Source: Tubulanus polymorphus
Taxonomy: Eukaryota > Animalia > Nemertea
Assembly: GCF_964204645.1 (NCBI RefSeq)
Contig: NC_134025.1
Span: 17,335,101-17,399,100, forward strand
Direction: 5' to 3'
Length of the DNA stretch: 64,000 nucleotides
Below the pieces are notes generated by a model. It did not search any database. It had not been told where the DNA came from and saw only the letters and a list, made by a program, of their open reading frames with translations. How positions within the stretch are numbered: the first letter of the stretch is position 1; every line of letters starts with the position of its first letter. The position numbers and the translations under genes are program-made. Below are positions 24,101 through 37,951 of the stretch, one piece after another.

Positions 24101-26434
24101 TCGAAGCGTGCGATTTTAAGCGATTCTTCCAAAGTGTATGATCCGCTCGGCTGGATATCGCCCGTCGTATTAAAGGCGAAACTTTTACTTCAAAGACTTT
24201 GGAAAGAGGAGCTTGATTGGGATACGCCGATCACAGGGGATTTTCAAGAAGAGTGGGCTTCGATAGCGAGTGATATTTCGAGGGCGACATCTATTGAATT
24301 CTCTCGTAGGTATTTCGACCAGGTTGGTGTTTCTCTCCATGATTGTGAGATTCACTTGTTTGCTGATGCCAGTGAAAAGGCTTATGGATCAGTGGCTTAT
24401 ATAGTGTCTAACGGTGAATCGCGATTGCTTATCTCTAAATCGAGAGTTGCGCCTGTAAAACCGTTGACTGTCCCGCAGCTTGAACTGATGGCGGCGGTTA
24501 TCGCAGCACGATTAGCTCGTTTGTTACGTGAAAGTTTTCCCACTTGTAATTTTCACTTGTGGTCTGATAATCAATCGGTTTTGTATCGAATGTTGAATTC
24601 CAAATCACTCAAATCCTTCGAACAGAGAAAAGTTTCGGAGATTAAAGATCTGACAGGATCCGATTCTTGGGGTTATTGTCCTTCTGATTCGAACCCAGTT
24701 GATTTGTTATCGCGTGGTTGCTCTTACCATGATATTGTGTCTAGCGATTTATGGAGGAAAGGGCCCCATTGGTTAATTGATGGGGACTGGCCCAAGTGGG
24801 ATCCTAAATCTGTTGTAAATAGTTTACTTGTGAATGTTGATCTATGAACTGAAAATTCGGACGAGAGTTCGATTGATTACTGTAAAATCGATTCGGTTGT
24901 GGACATCACCAGGTTTTCAAAGTTATCAAGATTACTCCGTGTTACCGCTTATGTTTTGCGGTTCATTGATGTCTGTTTAAAACGGAGAAACCGTGGTGAT
25001 TTCTTGCATCCTCGTGAAATTGAAAACGCAGAGACCGTTTGGGTTGAATGCGTGCAACATGATGTGTTTTAAAATGTTTTTGAAAGTTTATCGAAGGTCA
25101 AAGGCAAATCGCCTCCTATTGTAACGCAATTGCGTTTTTATATAGATGATAGCGGTGTACTGAGATGTAGAGGAAGACTTGATTTCTCTCAGTTGCCGCA
25201 ACCGGCTCGTAGTCCGATGTTGTTACCCAAGAAGTCAGGGTTGACTGATCTGGTTGTTTGGGCTTCGCACGTTAAAGTGAAACATTTGAAAGTTAATCCT
25301 AAAACGCGTCATTGGTCCTTGTTGTAAATGTCGAAAATTAGACGGAAGGTCGTATGGGTTACCAGAACCACCGCCCTTACCTGCCCTTAGGGTTGTCAAT
25401 GTTCCCGCTTTCCAGCACACAGGGGTTGATTTTTGGGGTCATTTCAATGTTACCTTGTCTGATGGGGATTTCGTGGTAAAATGTTACATTGCGCTATTCA
25501 CTTGCGCTGTTAGTCGCGCTTTACACCTTGAAGTTGTTGAAAACTTAGGTACGGGTTCTTTCATTCGGGCGTTTCGCCGGTTTGCAGCACAACGCTCATT
25601 ACCCCATAAAATACTTTCGAATAATGCGAGTACTTTCTACTCTGCGTCCGATGAGTTGATTTCTATTTTTGAATCTGTCGAAGTGAGAGAATATTTGGCT
25701 AACAAGGGAGTAGAGTGAAAATTTACTGTGAAGCGCGCCCCCTGGTATGGGTGGTTTTACGAGCGCCTAGTTGGAATTACGAAAAGTGTTAGAAAGTGTT
25801 CTTGGTCGTGCGCGAGTGTCGTTGGACAAATTTAGGACTGTCGTTACGGAGACGGAAGCAACATTAAACGATCGACCGCTTACGTATCAATCTTACGCCT
25901 TCTCATCTTGTTTGCGGCCGAAGATCACGGGGTTACCGTACCGTTGTCAGGATACGGATCCAGCAGACCCGGATTTCTCGCTGAATAGAAATGTTGTTGT
26001 GGAGCGTGCGAATTATTGTGCCGCACTGATAGGTAACTTCCGCAGTAGATGGGCTAAAGAATACCTCGCCGCTTTACGGGAGAGGTGTCCACCGTCGGAA
26101 GTAATAGATACCCCTATGCAAAAAGGGCAATATTGTGTTAATTCACGGGGACAATGTTCCTCGTTTGCGATGGAGTTTAGGAGTTATTATCGAACTGCAT
26201 CCCGGCTGCAACTCGCAGGTTCGATCTGCGACCATTAGGACGCCGTCAGGAATAACAAATCGTCCGTTAAATAAGTTGTACCCACTAGAGGTCACTGCGG
26301 TCACGGATTCCGCTGACATTCGGGAGGAAAGAGAAATTCAGGAAGTTACTGAGGTGCGACCGATCAGAGGAGCAGCAGTTGTTGCGAGACAGAGAATTCG
26401 TGAACAGTTATCCAGTGAATCTGACATTGATTAA
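21188..26434 (+). pseudogene. BEL gag-pol polyprotein (several frameshifts and stops)
   Basis: LPKIVLPKFSG..W.GFWDSF; triple Cys-His knuckles; protease LDDGSQRTFI; RT YLPHHAV, ADIEKAFLQI, YVDN; RH FADASEKAYG; IN ALHLEVV, LNDRPL, RPLNKLYPLE. Confidence 0.95.
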
Positions 26435-26520
26435 AAATTGACATTCTTGTTTGCTTGTTTGTTGATATTATAATGTTAGTTTCTTTTCAGTATTGGTACT
26501 ACTGTTGCAGCCCCCGAGGA

Positions 26521-26744
26521 TGTTGTGAAATGTATGCCTATACGGCAGAATTATACGTGCATGTCAATTTCTCTTTGATACAGTCCGTTTATTATAATGC
26601 TTTATCGTTCTATTGTACACGTGTCACGTGGGGGTGCACGTACGAGTAGTTTTTGGTCAGTTTAATAAATTGTAACCGAGCGGACGTCTCGTCGTTTATA
26701 GTATGGATTTCCTGGGAAGAACTGAATTGTAGAATTCGACGACA
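26521..26744 (+). repeat. BEL 3' LTR (224 bp)
   Basis: Direct repeat of the 5' LTR. Confidence 0.95.
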
Positions 26745-26756
26745 GGTCCCGAGAAT

Positions 26757-28079
26757 TCATTTAGAGGTTTTCCGAAAGGAAGAGCCCCTTTTTGGAGCCT
26801 TCCCCTTGCCCCAATACGAACCGGAACTGTTACGACTGGACGAGGCTTGACGCGATTGTTGAAGTTGTGCATTAGTTCTCCAACCGGCATCCGTAGCCGC
26901 CTGAGAAAGCGCTGAAGTTTGAGTTGGTCCTGTTTGCGTCCGTGCCGAACCTTGCGCCGCCGGCGTAGGACCAGAACACTTTTTCCACAGAGTTCGGACG
27001 GTGGACTTGGTCTGGACCTCCCGAATCTTCCTCAGCTCGGCGGAAACAGGAGCGCAGCAAACGGAGAAGAGACGTGAAGACGTCCCCAATGGAGCTCTCA
27101 GCAAAGAAATGGACACCATATCCGGTAGACGAGCTTTGGAACTGGAGTCCATAACTGACTGACTGGAGGCTAACACAAGATTAGCCTGACCCCGAACCGA
27201 CAACGGAATTAAATGTGAAATAGACCAAGCCAAAGATAGGATAATCCGGTCCATTCCCTCCAGTTTTAGGGCAACTGACTCTGGGTCGGAGCCCGCATGA
27301 ACTGCGGCGAGAGTCTCGCGAAGCTCAACCGTCAACACCTTAAGTGCCATATCCTGAAACGAACCAACCCTGGTAAGATTGTCCAGGATTGACGTCATGG
27401 CCACCAAACCAGACTTAGGCAAACGAATACCCGACTGTGCTGAAACAGTATCTGGGCTGATCAAAGTATAATCAGCATCCAGGCAGCTATGACTATGATC
27501 CACAGCACCTGGAGTTGCGTAATACGCCGAGCGAAATGCGCCTATAGGTGGATCGGTTGAACTAAAATATTTCCCAGATTTCATACCCCATTCTGGAGGG
27601 GGAAACGAAAACGTTCCAGGACGACATTCACCCCATAATTGCGTATCTAATCGAGCCCATTCTCTTGAAACCGCTGACGATTCCCGTAAAACGTTAAGAT
27701 CGGAGTCCGGAGGGCGATAAGCTTCCATTGACTCACCGACCAGAGGAGCTGCTGTGGGCTTTGCGTGAGTTGCCCCGTGTTTGACAAAAAACTCACTAAT
27801 CATTGCTCTATATGGCATGTCCCCCGCTGATACATTGCGAGCCAGGGAAGTCCCCATCGTATGGGGCAACCCAAAATTGCTTGCGACAGGAACGACCCCA
27901 GAAGGAATTGCTGCTTCTGGGACCGGATCCTCATTGAAATCAGACCCTACCCCAGCATCCAGGAATTCAGCGTCAGAATTCCGAACAACTGAGTGGGCTT
28001 GCAAACTTCTTACCAGACAATCAGGAATAGGCTTACCTGTTGTAGAGGTTGTAGCGACTTGCTGCAACGACGATAACAA
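26757..28079 (-). CDS. DIRS ORF1 (gag-like), 440-aa open frame
   Basis: Long GC-rich ORF directly upstream of the DIRS RT once the BEL is removed; basic, low-complexity C-terminus. Confidence 0.75.
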   Translation of the reverse strand: MLSSLQQVATTSTTGKPIPDCLVRSLQAHSVVRNSDAEFLDAGVGSDFNEDPVPEAAIPSGVVPVASNFGLPHTMGTSLARNVSAGDMPYRAMISEFFVKHGATHAKPTAAPLVGESMEAYRPPDSDLNVLRESSAVSREWARLDTQLWGECRPGTFSFPPPEWGMKSGKYFSSTDPPIGAFRSAYYATPGAVDHSHSCLDADYTLISPDTVSAQSGIRLPKSGLVAMTSILDNLTRVGSFQDMALKVLTVELRETLAAVHAGSDPESVALKLEGMDRIILSLAWSISHLIPLSVRGQANLVLASSQSVMDSSSKARLPDMVSISLLRAPLGTSSRLFSVCCAPVSAELRKIREVQTKSTVRTLWKKCSGPTPAAQGSARTQTGPTQTSALSQAATDAGWRTNAQLQQSRQASSSRNSSGSYWGKGKAPKRGSSFRKTSK

Positions 28080-30589
28080 GTTTAAGATATTCTCTTCAAA
28101 TACATGGAAATCCGAGTCAAGAATTTTTCCGTATCCCGACGATCATGCCGACTTCGGTGACTGTCCCTCGAACGGGATCGGGACCTACTAGAAGAATTGC
28201 CTTCATCGCTAAACGACGTCGACGAACGATGAGAAGACCAACGGCGAAACTTCCTGCAATAACGATCGTAATCCCTCTCCCGATCAAACCTTGATCTGCG
28301 AGAAGGAGATTGTTCATCACTAGTACTGAATTTGGGGTAATTTAGGCACCAAAATTTCTTCAAACCACTATTCAAACATTTCAATGTGACAGCCCGCAAG
28401 TACTCCTTTAATTTAGTAAACAAGCTTTGCTCCATCGATAAAACCAGTCTCCTTGTGGATATGTAAAACAATTGAGCGCCAAGTCTTGCAAAATTCTCAA
28501 AAAGCCTCTCAATGATCACTCTTCACCCTGAAAGAATATGATTCTCCCATATTTACGAAACTGTCGATTATCCTTCAGCTATTAATACCGCCATCATATT
28601 ATCTACTGCTTTTCAATAATAAATAGTTTCTTGCATCGCATTCAGTAGGTTTCAGATGAATGACCTCTAGTGACCTTGAACTTTGAACCTGTATAATATC
28701 ATTGTCCGGTGATTATTGGCTTTTCCTGAATCGCGATCACAAGCAGATGCAGACGGACTGACAGACATGGCAACGATAACTGGAATTACAAGAGGGCTTC
28801 TGCAAAATCCTAATAATAACGATAACCATAACAAGAGGCCCATGGGCCTTGAAACTTCGGTTATGATGTGATGATATAACTAGGTGACATGACAATTATC
28901 GGAAAAAACTATTTTCTAATTAGAACCAAATGCTTCAAAACAGTAATTTTAATACGTATAGGACCGGAGTGACATTTAGCTATACGTAACGGAATTTCAC
29001 CAGCATGTGTTTTTCTTTCCTTGTAGAAGGGCAAACACACTCAGACTTTATTATTTCGACCGAGACAGGAAACAAATTAAGTCCCAAAATTCTTTTTTCA
29101 GGGCTAATAACCCGCTAGAACTGGTTAACTATTCCTTTAGGTTTATGTTTGATGCTCGATCTTATCATTCCAACTTGACATCACTGAAAGCCCCTTAAAG
29201 ATAACAGCAACAGGAAAAACTCCTCAGAAAAGTTGAATAGTTGAATAATTTATTGAAACTTAATTGGAAATTTGAATTATACGAAGTTCAAATTTTTTGA
29301 ATTGCGCGATCCGAAGATAATTCCGCAATATACACATAGCATCCGGTCTCTAACAACTGCACAGGCAGCCGATACAGGGGACATAATAAAGAAACAAAGA
29401 AATGTTTATGCTGGTGGAATAACATTTTCAAGGTAGTTCTCAGCAATCCAGTTTTGCAGTAGTACATGTGAGCAGAAAGCACATTCACTGTCTACTGCAG
29501 ACACTCAAAATCTTGCTGACAAACTTAAATTAAAACCATGCCAAATAATTTCATGCATAATCATAACACAAATAGGTTACAATGTGTTTTATACACCGTT
29601 GGAGCTTGTCACATTAGGAAATCTAAGGTAAGCATATAAGGATATGTAAAACCCACGATCATGACCTTTTAGCATCATGAGAAACGTTCATTTATTTTGG
29701 AGAAATCCCTTCCTGTTGCAAGCAAAAACTCTAAGTCAAGATGTTGGCCTAAGAATTCATAGTTTTTCATGTGGTGCCTAGTGTAAAAGCCAACTTCAGT
29801 TTTTCAGTATCATATCTCAGAGAAGATTTTTAAACGACAAAGAAAATCAGGTGAAAATCGTCTATAAGTTAGTCCATTATGTTATTTCCTTGATTGATGG
29901 CACATGCTATCACATCTAATGCGAGTGATTAAACAATACTTAACGAGATTTGAGTTTAATGGAAAATATTAATAATAGCATGATAAAACATCAATAAATG
30001 TAGAAATCAATATAATTTTTTGTAAATCAATCTCAGACATCAACCAGACTTTCACAAACTGCCGCGTGCCTACTGTAGTTTAAACACATGGCGTGGTATG
30101 TTTGTCAGTACACTAGTATATGAACACACTATACACAGCACACAAGGAAGGCCTGCGTGAGTCAGCGAAGCCACGTGTAAGAAAACCAAAAAGCTTATGA
30201 CAAATCATTCTAATGAATAAACTATGAGATGACAATTAGCATTCAATGTCTTAATTAGTAAGTTACTCTACGGCAGTCCCTACTTCATTAAATTAACTTC
30301 CAGGCCTTTGACTGGACTGACAGCGGGCATGACTGTTTGGATATGCTACCCTTTTGTATTTTGAAGTCACTATTCTATCAACATTGGCCCTACACTTCCA
30401 CACTGACAAAGTTCGTTTGCTAAATACATCTACCTGTTTCACGTACATCCAAATGGCAACCATCTTCCTTGTTAGGATATCACCGTAGAAGCTAGCTTGA
30501 ACCGAAGAGCGCAAAAATAGACCCATGCTTGTTGATTCTTTTTTTGAGTTACATGGCTATTGAACAAATTCAAAATCTGCATACATTCA

Positions 30590-30784
<195 letters not shown>

Positions 30785-31284
30785 TCATTAAGACAAAGTC
30801 AGGCATGAAATTTCCTAATCAAATTGACAGCTCAGCTACTGGCCATGGATCAACAAGTTAGGAACTTGGAAAAGGTCAAATGCTGAAAAGTAAAACATAT
30901 TTTGCTCAAGCCATTTTTTAATTTTGATATTCATAAATAATAAGTAGGCTACTTCAGAACCAAGCGCTCATACACAGCAAGCGCACATTTTTCTGTGGAG
31001 GTTCCTGAAATCATCATAGTATAACACTATCTATACTGCACTACCATGTTGCCTGTCTAAAGGCATGTGTATCTTCTTAACCGTACGGCGCCACTATCCG
31101 CGTTCACTCCACCTTGCCTTCTAGATTGCACTATTGATTTTTTTAATGTTGATGTTAGAACAACGATCGCGCTTATGATAGCGGCACCAAGTGAGCTCAC
31201 CCTACCCCCATTTATTTTTACATCAAATTTACATCGCTCTCGGCGACTACAAAATCGCGAGCAAAACAGCTGATTTCCTCTGAT

Positions 31285-31730
31285 CCGCAGAACTCTGGGA
31301 TCCCTGATAAAAGTAAATGGACCCAAAATTTGGAATCATCTATCACTTCATTTAAAAACCCTGCCATCCATCAAAATCTTTAAAACACATTTAAAGGACA
31401 AATTGCTTTCTTCCTATTGATTAGATATACACAGATTTTTTGGTGACCCGCTTATAGTTTTCTATGAATTTTGCAGTGACTTTTCATTTTTGTATGTGTG
31501 CGAGAGTGCATGGAAGTGTGAATAACCCTTTTTAATGCCTCTTTTTCTAATGTAAAAGTTCACTTTTGGGTTGGTACATCCTACAAGCTATGCTATTTTA
31601 TATCTTCCCGTCTGATAAATAATGCCAATCTATACTTAATTAGTGTTAAAATATCATAATTTATAAATTGTTTATTATCTGTTATAAATTGCTATAATTT
31701 TCTGCACAATGAGCGAATAATAAATAATTT
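31285..31730 (+). mobile_element. L2/CR1-group LINE 3' fragment
   Basis: IKVNGPKIWNHLSLHLKTLPSIKIFKTHLKDKLL* followed by a 3' UTR and AATAAA repeats. Confidence 0.65.
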
Positions 31731-33116
31731 AGCGCAGAATATAGGGCCCGCCAAACGAGCCGAAAAATGCGCAAAGGGAGCTTTGGCAAGCAGTATGCAT
31801 TATACAACCATATTTACTGCATATCTGCACCATTTACTCGCAACTTATTTCCCTTGTCAAATCTATTTGAATATAAAGATATTTGTCTGTTCTTATTACA
31901 TCTACATCGGGATTGAAAGTCTTGCAAGGGGAAAATTATGATTTTGATAATTTGAGTAATCCCATATCATACAGAAAGTGATATTCACGCCATAAATCAA
32001 TGTTTGTCTAATCTGATATCATTATACTAACAAATATCATCTGTTTTTGAGTAATGAAGCATGCGCATTGACAATGAATGCAGCGCAAAATGCGCTGAGT
32101 TGCCCGCACACAAGACCGCACCTTGTGCTGGGCCGAAATGTATCAAACATGTCAAATATTTGGCAGACAACAAAAAGTGCTCCAAAAATCGCACGCACAC
32201 GAGCCAAAACCTGCGCTGGCGCACTTTGCGTACGCAACATTCGCCTCATGTGCAGGGACCTTAAAACTCGTTCGAGCCTCAAACCAGCTACATTGTTTTA
32301 GGCATTGCCCACAGATCACTGGTACCTTATTTCATCTTGATTTCGCCAATAAGTGTAGGAGTTAAATCGCTAGTTGATGACGCTAAGTTGATGGACAAAT
32401 GACAATGGGTATACCCATAACCTATCAGCTTTACTGAGCTTCACAGTGGAGATAAAGGCCGAGGAGTAGGGAGGCTAGTTAACCAAGTGGCAATCACTTG
32501 AGATCGATCATTCTACTGACTACAGTATTTTGTTTATAATGTTCATATTAAGTTCAGTTACACAAATTAGCTGCATGTCACCCACAGTAAAATTTGACAA
32601 TTTCATTTATGTGTTCATATCAAGTTCATGAGAACTTAAGTGACTTTCAAGTGATCAAGTGATCTAAATGGTTCTAGTCATAATTGGAATGAAAATCAAA
32701 AGCTAGAAATCATTTTTGTAGAAATAGGACCAACCTTAAAGAATTTGGAGAAATCTTACTTTTTGAAGACCATTCATTTTCAGTTGATTTCGATGAAATT
32801 TGGACAAAACATACATGATAGATAGGGTGTGTATATTCAGTATATGTTTTGATAGCTTCGTGGAAGAGGGTGCATAGTAAAAGGGTTGATGCATGTCTGA
32901 CAAAAAGTAGGATCGGCATGTCTGACAAAAAGTAGGATCGGTTAACTGACAGAGGAAATAGGGAAATTCCAGTTTCAACCGTTAGAGCTATTCACTGCAC
33001 AATGGCTTCATGGGTACGGCCATCTTAACTCGGCCTTTAATGAATGGCATTAGTTTCATGGTCTAAACAATGTGCAGCTTTGCTTAGTCTAAGTCAGGTT
33101 TATCTAATCAACTCAC

Positions 33117-33176
33117 CCATATTGCAAGGTTGACCTTCTTTCCATGTATGTTAAGCTTTTTGTTCAGGAAAGATGC
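33117..33176 (-). CDS. RAB21: Rab21 exon, 60 bp
   Basis: cag|ASFLNKKLNIHGKKVNLAIW|gtgagt; joins in frame to the DTAGQE exon. Confidence 0.95.
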
Positions 33177-33346
33177 CTGAAAAATTTCAAAAACAAAATG
33201 AACTTAATACATTTCCAATGGTTTTGCACGTTTTAATGGTTCCGGATGCAAGAATGAGTTTTCAAAATTTAGGTCCCCTAATGGTTAGAATAGGAATTAA
33301 TTATGTGAGGGGTTCGTTGTAATTCATATCCAGGTACATGTGTATC

Positions 33347-34528
33347 CAGGGATCATTGTCTCAAGCTCAGGTGAAATTCAAGCCATTTCAAGCTAGATTT
33401 ATACCATTTTCAAGCTATTTTTTCAGGCACGTTGGAAACAATTTTCAATAGTCGCAGCCAATTTGCCTATTTTTAACAGGTTTATATAAAAATGTTAAAA
33501 AAGAGGTAAAATTTCGATTCATTTTTTAGTGGAATCTGGAGTTGATACGATTGTGTTAGAGATGAAACGCATTTATCACAATGATTTCCAGCATTTCCTA
33601 AATAAAATATTCATATCAATCAAGATTTGGATATTAGGCCATCCAAATAAATTGTCTGTTTTGCCGTTACACCTACTCAAATTTTTGGGATAAGTCGGTA
33701 GGTAGGTAGAATCATTTTTTTTGCAAAATTTTGGGGCAAAAAAAAAACAACAAATTTATCACCTCTTTTAGTGGAAACAATACCCCAAATCTGCGTTGTG
33801 GAAGGGAAATTTGTATTTCAAGAATAATTTAAGATTTTAAGAATAAATTTTAAAATTCTAACTTATTCCTGAGCGTCATCTATGCGTTCAAAATGCAACA
33901 GTAGATTGAATATATGCGCGCTATAACATTACCAGCTTTAATATAGTCAATAATAATGAATGGCAGCTCATTGGAACACTGCCAGTTCCCTGGAAAACTT
34001 CAACTATGCCATAGTCGAGCCACGTTTTCACACGATGCACACTTGACTTCAAACATACGTAGCTCATACATCGGTAGTGGGTCGGCCATTTTTATCAAAA
34101 CTAAAATTCATTTCAATGATTCCAAGAAAAAAGTTTCCACTCGGTACCTTTGAAGTCGGGTCGTTCAGGTGACGGCAAACAGACCATCATTTTTGGATGG
34201 CCTAATACGAAATGTGTAATGTTCAATGACTTTGACGAGGCCGCTGTGCATTAACATGGCTCTCACACCTGGTGTAGGATTTCAATGCCATTTTACATCA
34301 ATGCTCGATAACATGCATGACTGAAATTTCCCCATATTTTCATGTCTCCAAACAAATTCGCAAGGAAGGAAATTTGTGATAATCTAGCATTTCAAGCCAT
34401 TTTTTCATTTCAAGTCAAAAATAATTATTTCAAGCATTCGATCTATTTTCAAGCCGTTTTCAAGTGCTTGAATAGCATTTCTCAAATTCAAGCCATTTCA
34501 AGCCTTTCAAGCACCACGACGAGCCCTG
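33347..34528. mobile_element. Non-autonomous DNA element (CAGGG...CCCTG) containing the GGCC-TIR MITE (33637-34202)
   Basis: TTCAAGC repeats at both ends; paralogous to 13394-14515. Confidence 0.75.
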
Positions 34529-35450
34529 GTTATTCAATTTCATAGAAATCCCATTATTGGCTTAGTAGATATCAATGATAATGCATCTCCAGTGATTTGT
34601 AGGTGTCGCTCCTGGAGAACCATATAAGATAACTAGTCAAATCATATATCATTACGAGCGTCTCGTCAATGGTACCACTCTTTCGCCAACAGTTAAGGAG
34701 CTAGGAGCAGAAAGGGGCACTATGGCCAGCCTGTCAGCTTTTCATAAAATGGCAAATGATTCATTCTGTGGATTATATTTGTCAAACTCACAGCTCAGAG
34801 TCGATACCTTTAATTTACACAATACAATTGTGTTTTCATAAGTAGCACAGGCAGTAACTGGAGCTGGCAGGAACAAATACCACAGATAAATCTTTTCCCT
34901 TGGTCTTGTAGATTTGAATGTGGAATAGAATTGAATTTTCTGAAATTTGTTCAATAAAACAAAATTATTGAATTGGATTTGATGTTCTATTTGTTCAATA
35001 AAGTAAAGTTGAATTGGATTTTATATTCTTTTGCAGAATAAAATTTGACTGAATTTGCAGGTTGAGCACATGGCTAATTAGCATATCAAGGACATCCATC
35101 CGATTTGAGAAAAAAGCTACTTTTCCAGGACTTTACATAATTGTCAATGATATTTTCTGTAGTGCAAATAAAAATATTCCTCTCAAAAACCAAATCAACT
35201 TAAGATTTCACAGATATCGATCTTGAAATACAATTTTAGATCTTGAAATAAAACCCGGAAGTAAAACGTTAGACGATACTGCGGGTTCACGTAAGCACAT
35301 GCTGATCTCTGCGGCTAAGCCAATCATAGAGGAGTCTTTGCTCACTGACTGGCTTTTTAGAAGATATTTTTGTGTTCAGATTTTCATGAAAAAGCTCATA
35401 TAAATTTATAAGGCTCATTTCAAAATTCAGCTTCATAGGGTTTGGTGAAT

Positions 35451-36242
35451 TTGATTGATTGATATTTTATTTACATAGAACATATACAATAATACAGAGA
35501 AAAGAATCATTAAATACTAATTGAAAATATCAATTTAATACATTAAGTAGGAGATAAATGGTTCTATGAAGGACATGACCCAAAGCCTCAAGGCCGTATC
35601 ACAAAAGCGAGGGCCAACCCTTGAAAAGGATAATGATGATGATAAGATATGGATGGATGGATGGATGTATGGATGGAATGATAAGGAAATTAGAGAATAA
35701 TCGGATGAACTAGATATACATGTATAGAGTTAAGCTGGTTGTAGGGCGATTGTTTTAATATTTTGTCAGTAAGTGATGTTTAAAACCACGAGTGAAAGGG
35801 CTGGTAGTTCTTGAATTCCTGATTTTAGTATCTGAATTTTGCCAAATGGTTGTTTCAAAATGAGCTGTTGAAAATTGTACTTTTATGATGCCTCGTTTTG
35901 GGGAAATTGTGAGATCTTGTGTTATACCTGTGATTTGAGGAGTTAGTTGTAAAAAAATGTATAATGGGTTCAGGCAGGAGCTGTTTTGAGAAGCTGTAAC
36001 CAAGTTTTGCTAGTTCAATTTGGATAATATCATCAAATTTTGGAATTTCATATTTTTCTAAAATAGGTGTAGTGGGAGAATTGTAAGAAGCATTATCGAT
36101 GTAACGTATGGCGTTTTTCTGTAATTTGAAAATTGATGTTTCTTTGAAAGTAATGGGTCCCATTATGTAAATCATAGGTCAAATAGGGATGAATGAAACT
36201 AAGATATAGTAGCTTCTTACTACATGAAGGCAGAAACTTTTT
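35451..36242 (-). mobile_element. 3' fragment of the same L2/Crack-like LINE family as 5404-9744
   Basis: IFKLQKNAIRYIDNASYNSP...IQIELAKLGYSFSKQLLPEP almost identical to ORF 8780-9448; (CAAT)n tail. Confidence 0.92.
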
Positions 36243-37244
36243 GGATGGATATTGCTCTAATGAATAATTTGTATGAATATATGCTCAGTTGCACAATCAA
36301 AGAGCCTTTACTCTGGAAACCATGTCATTTAAATTTGCTCCATTTATATAGTAATAGGCTCAGCCTCCGGATGGCCTAAAAATCGGTGCCTTCACAGTCC
36401 CCTGGCAGCAGTTGTATGAACTAATCATGCAGGTTGGCAAAGGGCAGTTTTGTGATTTTGCTTTTACAATGCACTGAATTACATGCGAAAAACGGATGCT
36501 GGAGTGATTTCTCAAAAACACCCACTAGTGGGTAAAATGGGAACTAATTATGTATTGTTGTATTTCATAGCCAGGTACATGTGTATCAATTTTTAGAAAT
36601 CCCTTAATATGCCTAGTCGATATTGATGAATATGTGTTTTCCAGCGTTTACTACATGGCGTTCCTGGAGAACCATATGTTCTGGTACGTGCTGCCATATA
36701 AGTAGAAATAATGAATTAGTTTTTTTTAAATCTATTCTTAAATTTTCCACAGGGAAGTGAGTCTGTAGTTATAGAGATACTGTAGGATGAATTAGGTTGA
36801 ATTTTTGCCACGTATGACAAGATGGTAGCTTGATGAGCCTGTGTTTTATGAAGGCTCTGTAAAGTTGTAGAATCTTTATTGGGAATTGTTTCCTACTTTT
36901 AAAAATGTGCTGTACTACCAGTTGGTGACCGAAAGAAGTTCAAGTCCAGTATAGCGAGGAATTGTTCCCGCCCAAAGATACATTTTTAGAAAAGGAGTAA
37001 TTTGGCTGCGCACTCAGTTTTCAACAAACATACTGACAAACCGACTTACCGACAAACCGTACTCTTATCCCTCGATCCAGCCACGGGTAATCCACGGAAA
37101 AACCCTGTCCCTCGATCCTAGTATGTCAGTATGTCGGTATGTCAGTATGTCGGTTTGTCCGCACGTCCCTATAGTGTAACATCGTAAGATTCAATCAGTC
37201 CAATATTGGCGGATTAATTTCAAATACCGGTTCGATGTTATAAG

Positions 37245-37951
37245 CAGGGATGAGAACGCCGACCTGCAAAATCCGCGGATTATTTTTCTTGAGTGACATA
37301 CGCGAACCAGCTGACGGCGTAGCCGGCAGCACTAGCGAGCGCTGTAGGCGCGAAGCTATTTGAGGGGGTTTGGGGGCCCTCCCCCAAGAAAATTTTAGAA
37401 ATTAAATACGTTTTCCGAGCACTTAGAGCGATCTTGAACCCATGAACGACTATTATATTTTGGAAGGTAATGGCTAGTTCCAATGTGGTACATCCTCATT
37501 TGATGACATTCAGCATCTCATGCATTACGGGTCGAGCCCTGAATTATTGCAGTAAAAATGCGCCGATGAATGCTCACTAAAAATCATCACCAAGTAGTGT
37601 ATAATATCCGAAGGCGTTCGCCACACACACGCAGCAACAACTGTTGCCGTGCGTGCGTGTCTGCAACCGATCGATAAAATACATACACACTCATCGCAGT
37701 ACAAATGTACATACAAAATCACTGTGTTGCAATGAATATGCATTGAAATACGATACTTTTACGTGACGATGAGTAAAACAGGCACTGAACGCTTTTACGG
37801 TTCACCTGATTACCGATCGCGCCGGACCAATTGAGTGAGATCATCACCCCCCCCATACTTTTACATCATTTTTGGACTATTTGGAAAATTGATATTTTTC
37901 AATACTGAAATCCGCGGGAAACCGCGGATCCGCGGGGAATTCTCATCCCTG
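37245..37951. mobile_element. MITE with TIR CAGGGATGAGAA and 6-bp TSD TATAAG
   Basis: Paralog of 14691-15394; TSDs at 37239-37244 and 37952-37957. Confidence 0.9.

Larger units (their letters stand above)
20916..26744 (+). mobile_element. Full-length BEL/Pao LTR retrotransposon with 5-bp TSD GGTCC
   Basis: Two TG...CA LTRs, TSDs at 20911-20915 and 26745-26749, tRNA-Tyr-like PBS TGGTCCCTCGAGCCGG, gag-PR-RT-RH-IN order. Confidence 0.97.
17961..28325 (-). mobile_element. DIRS-type tyrosine-recombinase retrotransposon (5'-truncated, interrupted by BEL)
   Basis: Gag-like ORF, RT (YLDD), RNase H (FTDAS...LEM), tyrosine recombinase, terminal ITR/ICR hairpin. Confidence 0.92.

Noticed and set aside
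28082-28519. 145-aa ORF with an RS-rich tract as an SR protein
   Set aside because: Appears chimeric: the RS part is the DIRS ORF1 upstream region joined to unrelated sequence; no RRM
29288-29488. Possible Rab21 exon 1 (CKTGLLR...HKH)
   Set aside because: No GxxxxGKT motif, and it lies between downstream exons
32027-32365. Cluster of short overlapping ORFs
   Set aside because: GC-rich repetitive interior of a probable MITE; no protein motifs
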